Both the position numbers and the translations under genes were made by a program. Shown one piece after another: positions 31,497 through 33,724 of a stretch of 33,724 bases of DNA (positions are counted from its first letter, which is position 1; every line of letters begins with the position of its first letter). The notes below the pieces were generated by a model, which searched no databases, had not been told where the DNA came from, and worked only from the letters and a program-made list of their open reading frames with translations. Source of the DNA: Granulosicoccaceae bacterium (GTDB taxonomy: Bacteria; Pseudomonadota; Gammaproteobacteria; CALCKW01). The stretch is taken from NCBI GenBank assembly GCA_049607125.1, contig JBMYWE010000001.1, positions 1 through 33,724 of the forward strand. Reading direction: 5' to 3'.

Positions 31497-32594
31497 CTAG
31501 TCTTCCGCGCCCAAGTCTCTTCGCACTCGCTTAGAGCTCTTGTTACTCCGGCTGAAAAAACGTAGCCAAGTGACCTCGCTAGCCTGCTTGTATTCAATTT
31601 GTTGGTTGGATTGCACATGGCTCAGCCCCAAGTGATGGCGCAGTGAAGCAATGCGCTGTTTGAGCGAGACATCCGCCTCATTTAAGACAAATTCGGCTTC
31701 TAGAGTGGCGTCTTGAGCCTGTTGTTTCTCTCCGTAGGCTAGCTGGTAACACGCTAGGGCGACTAGGTACTGTGACATGGCGTAATCGCTCGCATCGGCT
31801 CCCATTTGGGAGGCTCGATCCAATGATCGCCGCGCGCTGCGGCAATCGGGTTGGCTCTTGTCTAGAGCCGCGCGGGCCGCATAGACAGGAACCAGAAACT
31901 GGTTCACCGTATCGAACTTCAGTCGGCCTTTCTCCAATTGCTTGAGCAGCCACTGATAACCTGACTTCTCTCGCCCTTGGCCAGTCAGTCGATAACAGTT
32001 GAGTCGAATAAAGTTTGCCATCTGCAATTCGATCTCGATCTGCAAAAAGCGAGCGATATTGAAATTGATACGTGCGAATTTTAGCGCGAGCTGGTGTTGG
32101 CCCATACGATTGCAGACAAATACGGCTGTACTAAATACCGTTGTGTGCGACTCGCACAATTGTTCAGAGAGAATCCATTCAAAAGCCTGCGTCAATTGTT
32201 CCAACGCGTGCTCGAAATTTCCTGCACAAGCGCCGTTGCGAGCTGTCGTGCAGAGCAGGTTGATGGACGCGCCCAAATGTTCTGTGGACAACAACGCGGC
32301 CGCCGATTGAAAGCATGCTTGGTAGTTTTCGTAGCCTGCAAACAGTGTTAAGTAGTGCCGTTCACAGCTTGCTAGCTGCAGTTTCTGGGCAGCTGTTAGT
32401 TCTGAAGAGTTTTGCAGCTCTCGCAATTGAAGGTGTGCTTCTTGCCAGTTTCCCGCCGATGTCTTTGTGGCGGCTATTGCCTCGGCCTGCAACACTGTCA
32501 ATGATTGCGGTCCACGAGTTAGCTCGAGCAAAGCGCTCACTTCAGGCAATAACTTGGCAGAGTTTGGAGACATAGTGGAACCTTGAATGCGCAT
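31497..32594 (-). CDS. Helical-repeat (TPR-like) protein of unknown function
   Basis: 365 aa, all-helical, with recurring A/L/Y/Q-rich helix pairs (for example YQACFQSAAALL, HQLALKFARINFNIARFL, YAMSQYLVALACYQLAYGEKQQA). No DNA-binding or catalytic motif is visible. An alternative start is ATG 32573. Confidence 0.6.
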   Translation of the reverse strand: MRIQGSTMSPNSAKLLPEVSALLELTRGPQSLTVLQAEAIAATKTSAGNWQEAHLQLRELQNSSELTAAQKLQLASCERHYLTLFAGYENYQACFQSAAALLSTEHLGASINLLCTTARNGACAGNFEHALEQLTQAFEWILSEQLCESHTTVFSTAVFVCNRMGQHQLALKFARINFNIARFLQIEIELQMANFIRLNCYRLTGQGREKSGYQWLLKQLEKGRLKFDTVNQFLVPVYAARAALDKSQPDCRSARRSLDRASQMGADASDYAMSQYLVALACYQLAYGEKQQAQDATLEAEFVLNEADVSLKQRIASLRHHLGLSHVQSNQQIEYKQASEVTWLRFFSRSNKSSKRVRRDLGAED

Positions 32595-32775
32595 TCATGT
32601 ATGCGACCATAGCAACTGGCGCGCGCATATGTAATCGATTTTTTATGACAAAAGCTCGTCTGAGTATGATCTTACTTCAAATCTCTGTGAGCTAACGGTT
32701 TCTAGTGCCTCGGTACTTGCCGAACTCACCATTTTTACTCAGTATGGTTCCAAAACTACTGTTCATATCGGCTAA

Positions 32776-33724
32776 ATGAAAGAACCAAACGAAGTAGCCT
32801 ATCTGGCTCTGATTGATCGACTGCGTCTCGAGGCCGACAGCGAATTACCCAAGGGGCGGCAACTGTACCTCAAACTCTATGATGCAATCAGCCATGGCGT
32901 GCCGGGCCGCTATGCTTTGCTGCCGCCCACCCGTCTGTTGTCACAGAGCTTGGGCGTGGGGCGCAACACCGTCACGCAGGTCTACGAGCAGTTGGCCAGT
33001 GAGGGTTTGGTTGAAGGCCGTGGTCGGGCAGGCACGCAGGTGATCTATGCGGGTGCAGTGCCCGTCAACACGCAAGTGCAAGCTCAGCTTGCGCCTGCTG
33101 TGCGCGAGCTGGCGGTCGTCAATCGTCCTGTGCCGTTAAGCCCAGGGGAGCCCGATGCCACATTGTTTCCGCAACGAGACTGGGCGCGAGCCCTGGCTCA
33201 GTCGGCACGCGATGAACGAGATCGATGGGGCTATGTCCGAGATGCCGGCCATCCAGCGCTTCGCGACAGTATCACTCGCTACTTAGCCCAGTATCGCGGG
33301 CTGCAAGTACAAAGTAAGCAGGTCATCATCACGGCGGGTACCCGACAAAGCCTGATTCTGGCCGCCGCCATGTACGGGTCGGCGGGGGATACTGCTTGGG
33401 TAGAGGAGCCGGGTTATCTGGGTGCGGTGTCTGCTTGGCGTGCCCAGGGTCTGAATCTGCAGGCCTGCCCGGTGGATACTGAGGGGTTATCTATACCTTC
33501 GCGCTCAAGTCCCAGGCTTATTTACACCACACCATGCTTTCATTATCCCCTAGGTATTACCCTGTCGGCTCAGCGCAGGCAGACGTTAGTGCAGCGCGCA
33601 GCCCATTGCGGGGCAGTCATTTTCGAAGACGACTACGACAGTGAGTTCAGAGATCAAGTGCAGCCGCGGCCGGCGCTTGCCAGTGAATCGACAGCGGCGG
33701 TTTTGCACGCAGGCACCTTCTCTA
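32776..33724 (+). CDS. MocR/PdxR-type regulator (GntR HTH fused to a fold-type I aminotransferase-like domain); 3' end outside the window
   Basis: This gene is not in the supplied ORF track because no stop codon falls inside the window. My translation from ATG 32776 reads MKEPNEVAYLALIDRLRLEADSELPKGRQLYLKLYDAISHGVPGRYALLPPTRLLSQSLGVGRNTVTQVYEQLASEGLVEGRGRAGTQV... It continues ...SPGEPDATLFPQRDWARALA...GHPALRDSITRYLAQYRGLQ...IITAGTRQSL...YTTPCFHYPLGITLS and is open to base 33724. Confidence 0.85.
   Translation, partial: MKEPNEVAYLALIDRLRLEADSELPKGRQLYLKLYDAISHGVPGRYALLPPTRLLSQSLGVGRNTVTQVYEQLASEGLVEGRGRAGTQVIYAGAVPVNTQVQAQLAPAVRELAVVNRPVPLSPGEPDATLFPQRDWARALAQSARDERDRWGYVRDAGHPALRDSITRYLAQYRGLQVQSKQVIITAGTRQSLILAAAMYGSAGDTAWVEEPGYLGAVSAWRAQGLNLQACPVDTEGLSIPSRSSPRLIYTTPCFHYPLGITLSAQRRQTLVQRAAHCGAVIFEDDYDSEFRDQVQPRPALASESTAAVLHAGTFS

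Noticed and set aside
1-33724. Screened the whole window for CRISPR arrays, rRNA/tRNA genes, transposases, integrases, phage genes and toxin-antitoxin pairs
   Set aside because: I saw no regularly spaced direct repeats, no tRNA-like cloverleaf candidates, and no DDE, tyrosine- or serine-recombinase or phage structural motifs in any translated frame. The only notable repeats are those in the imuA-imuB spacer.

Overview
This is a 33.7-kb chromosomal segment with about 37 protein-coding genes. I found no rRNA, tRNA, CRISPR array, transposase or integrase. An E. coli-type LexA box (CTGT-N8-ACAG), yaiI, phnA, an RluA-family synthase and TRAP permeases suggest a gammaproteobacterium; that assignment is inference only. 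All family calls come from reading motifs in the supplied translations, and no database search was run.

Gene order, left to right:
- M16 peptidase fragment
- A minus-strand operon: CheY-like receiver, then a PAS/kinase-like sensor with a degenerate exonuclease-like tail, then a small membrane protein
- An orphan Tat-dependent DUF1501 gene
- A LexA-controlled imuA-imuB mutagenesis operon with no dnaE2
- GNAT acetyltransferase
- A Cys-rich secreted mini-protein followed by two VOC-family genes
- A DUF2007-like gene
- A cluster of secreted and hypothetical proteins plus DUF2325
- A secreted protein with a His tract
- Class V aminotransferase
- A long RluA-family pseudouridine synthase
- TRAP dctQM-type permeases with no binding-protein gene
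- A small secreted protein with a sorting-signal-like tail
- SLC13/TrkA-C permease
- A tightly coupled FMO, BASS carrier, epimerase and SDR operon
- phnA, a GlcG-like gene, a membrane desaturase and yaiI
- An ornithine-decarboxylase-type gene with a secreted partner and a divergent Lrp/AsnC regulator
- A helical-repeat orphan
- A MocR/PdxR-type regulator that runs off the 3' end and is absent from the ORF track

The strongest novelty candidate is a 138-codon ORF (6480-6896, minus strand). It exactly fills the gap between imuA and imuB, with start/stop overlaps at both ends. Its internal repeats differ mainly at synonymous positions. Second is the receiver/sensor operon, whose sensor carries a catalytically degenerate DnaQ-like domain.
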